Source: Ancylonema sp. (lineage: Eukaryota). From it: a DNA stretch of 22,406 nt. The notes beneath the pieces were generated by a model. The model saw only the letters and a list, made by a program, of their open reading frames with translations. It ran no database searches and was not told where the DNA came from. The stretch is from positions 62,001 through 84,406 of the forward strand of contig JBFLGF010000037.1 in NCBI GenBank assembly GCA_050230475.1, given 5' to 3'. A program made the position numbers and the translations under genes. Shown here piece by piece: positions 22,101 to 22,406 of the stretch (within the stretch, counting starts at the first letter, position 1; every line of letters begins with the position of its first letter).

Positions 22101-22406
22101 GGCAGCATTGCTGATCGAGTGATGGCCAGACGCAAAGCCAACTTTGCCCAATATGGGGACATTTTGTGATGTGATGGGGAGGAGTTCGATGACGAGGCCC
22201 ATGCCAACTACACAGCGACTGAGTGGGAGCCCAGCTGCTTCTACACTGGCTTCAACGGTCCTGTAGATCCTGGCTACGCCTGCGTAGCATCAACCAACAA
22301 CTGCTTCGAGCCACTGACCCTCCACTATGCCATGAGGAGGCCAGACTGGGACCAGTGGGACAGAGCCATCGTGGAAGAGCTCGCTGCCCTGGAGACGTTC
22401 AACACC
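19160..22406 (+). pseudogene. Copia gag-pol polyprotein, disrupted
   Basis: Gag N-terminus IPQFTGADYTGWAFKVK and three CCHC-type knuckles. Protease LILDSGATDHI. Pre-integrase WHHKLGHPG and CQVCCQGK. Integrase IHLDLIGP, IRKNKGGEY (second Asp lost) and QNGIYERLNRTL. RT lead-in EPLT...W..AI.EEL.AL...NT at the window end. Frameshifts in gag and near 20870, stops at 20107 and 22167. Confidence 0.93.
21852..21902 (+). repeat. 21-bp in-frame tandem duplication (MPAVLQP) in the Copia INT-RT linker
   Basis: ATGCCAGCAGTTCTGCAGCCA twice, plus a 9-bp partial copy. Confidence 0.9.

Larger units (their letters stand above)
18466..22406 (+). mobile_element. Ty1/Copia LTR retrotransposon, 5' part, running off the window. 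Candidate 5' LTR about 18466-18903.
   Basis: TGTTGG at 18466 is the candidate LTR start (alternative TGTAA at 18512). A primer-binding site follows, then gag-PR-INT and the RT lead-in in Copia order. Confidence 0.88.

Noticed and set aside
21466..22207. Antisense and alternate-frame ORFs rich in Q, C and W
   Set aside because: They are shadows of the low-complexity Copia INT-RT linker.

Overview
This is eukaryotic genomic DNA with spliceosomal GT-AG introns. The genes and retroelement motifs suggest a non-seed streptophyte or charophyte-like green plant (inference). The left third holds two host genes: a class-IV PLP aminotransferase (D-amino-acid transaminase / aminodeoxychorismate lyase, + strand) and an APLF-like FHA + acidic + PBZ zinc-finger protein (- strand). 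A 362-bp hAT-type MITE lies between them. The rest is a nested transposon field. It begins with an intron-containing, decayed hAT transposase cut by a single N at 11035. Next come a decayed Ty3/Gypsy retrotransposon, further hAT-type insertions, and a Ty1/Copia element with a half-tRNA(iMet) primer site and three Gag zinc knuckles. The main signal is that the Ty3/Gypsy pol carries a whole DNMT3-like C5-cytosine methyltransferase domain between protease and reverse transcriptase (gag-ZnK / PR / DNMT / RT / RNaseH / INT). Motifs I, IV, VI, VIII, IX and X lie in one frame, and that frame runs on into the pre-RT linker once a MITE is removed. This copy is dead, with stop codons and a lost catalytic Cys. 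DNMT-carrying retrotransposons have precedent in Klebsormidium and Symbiodinium, so novelty depends on the host and lineage.
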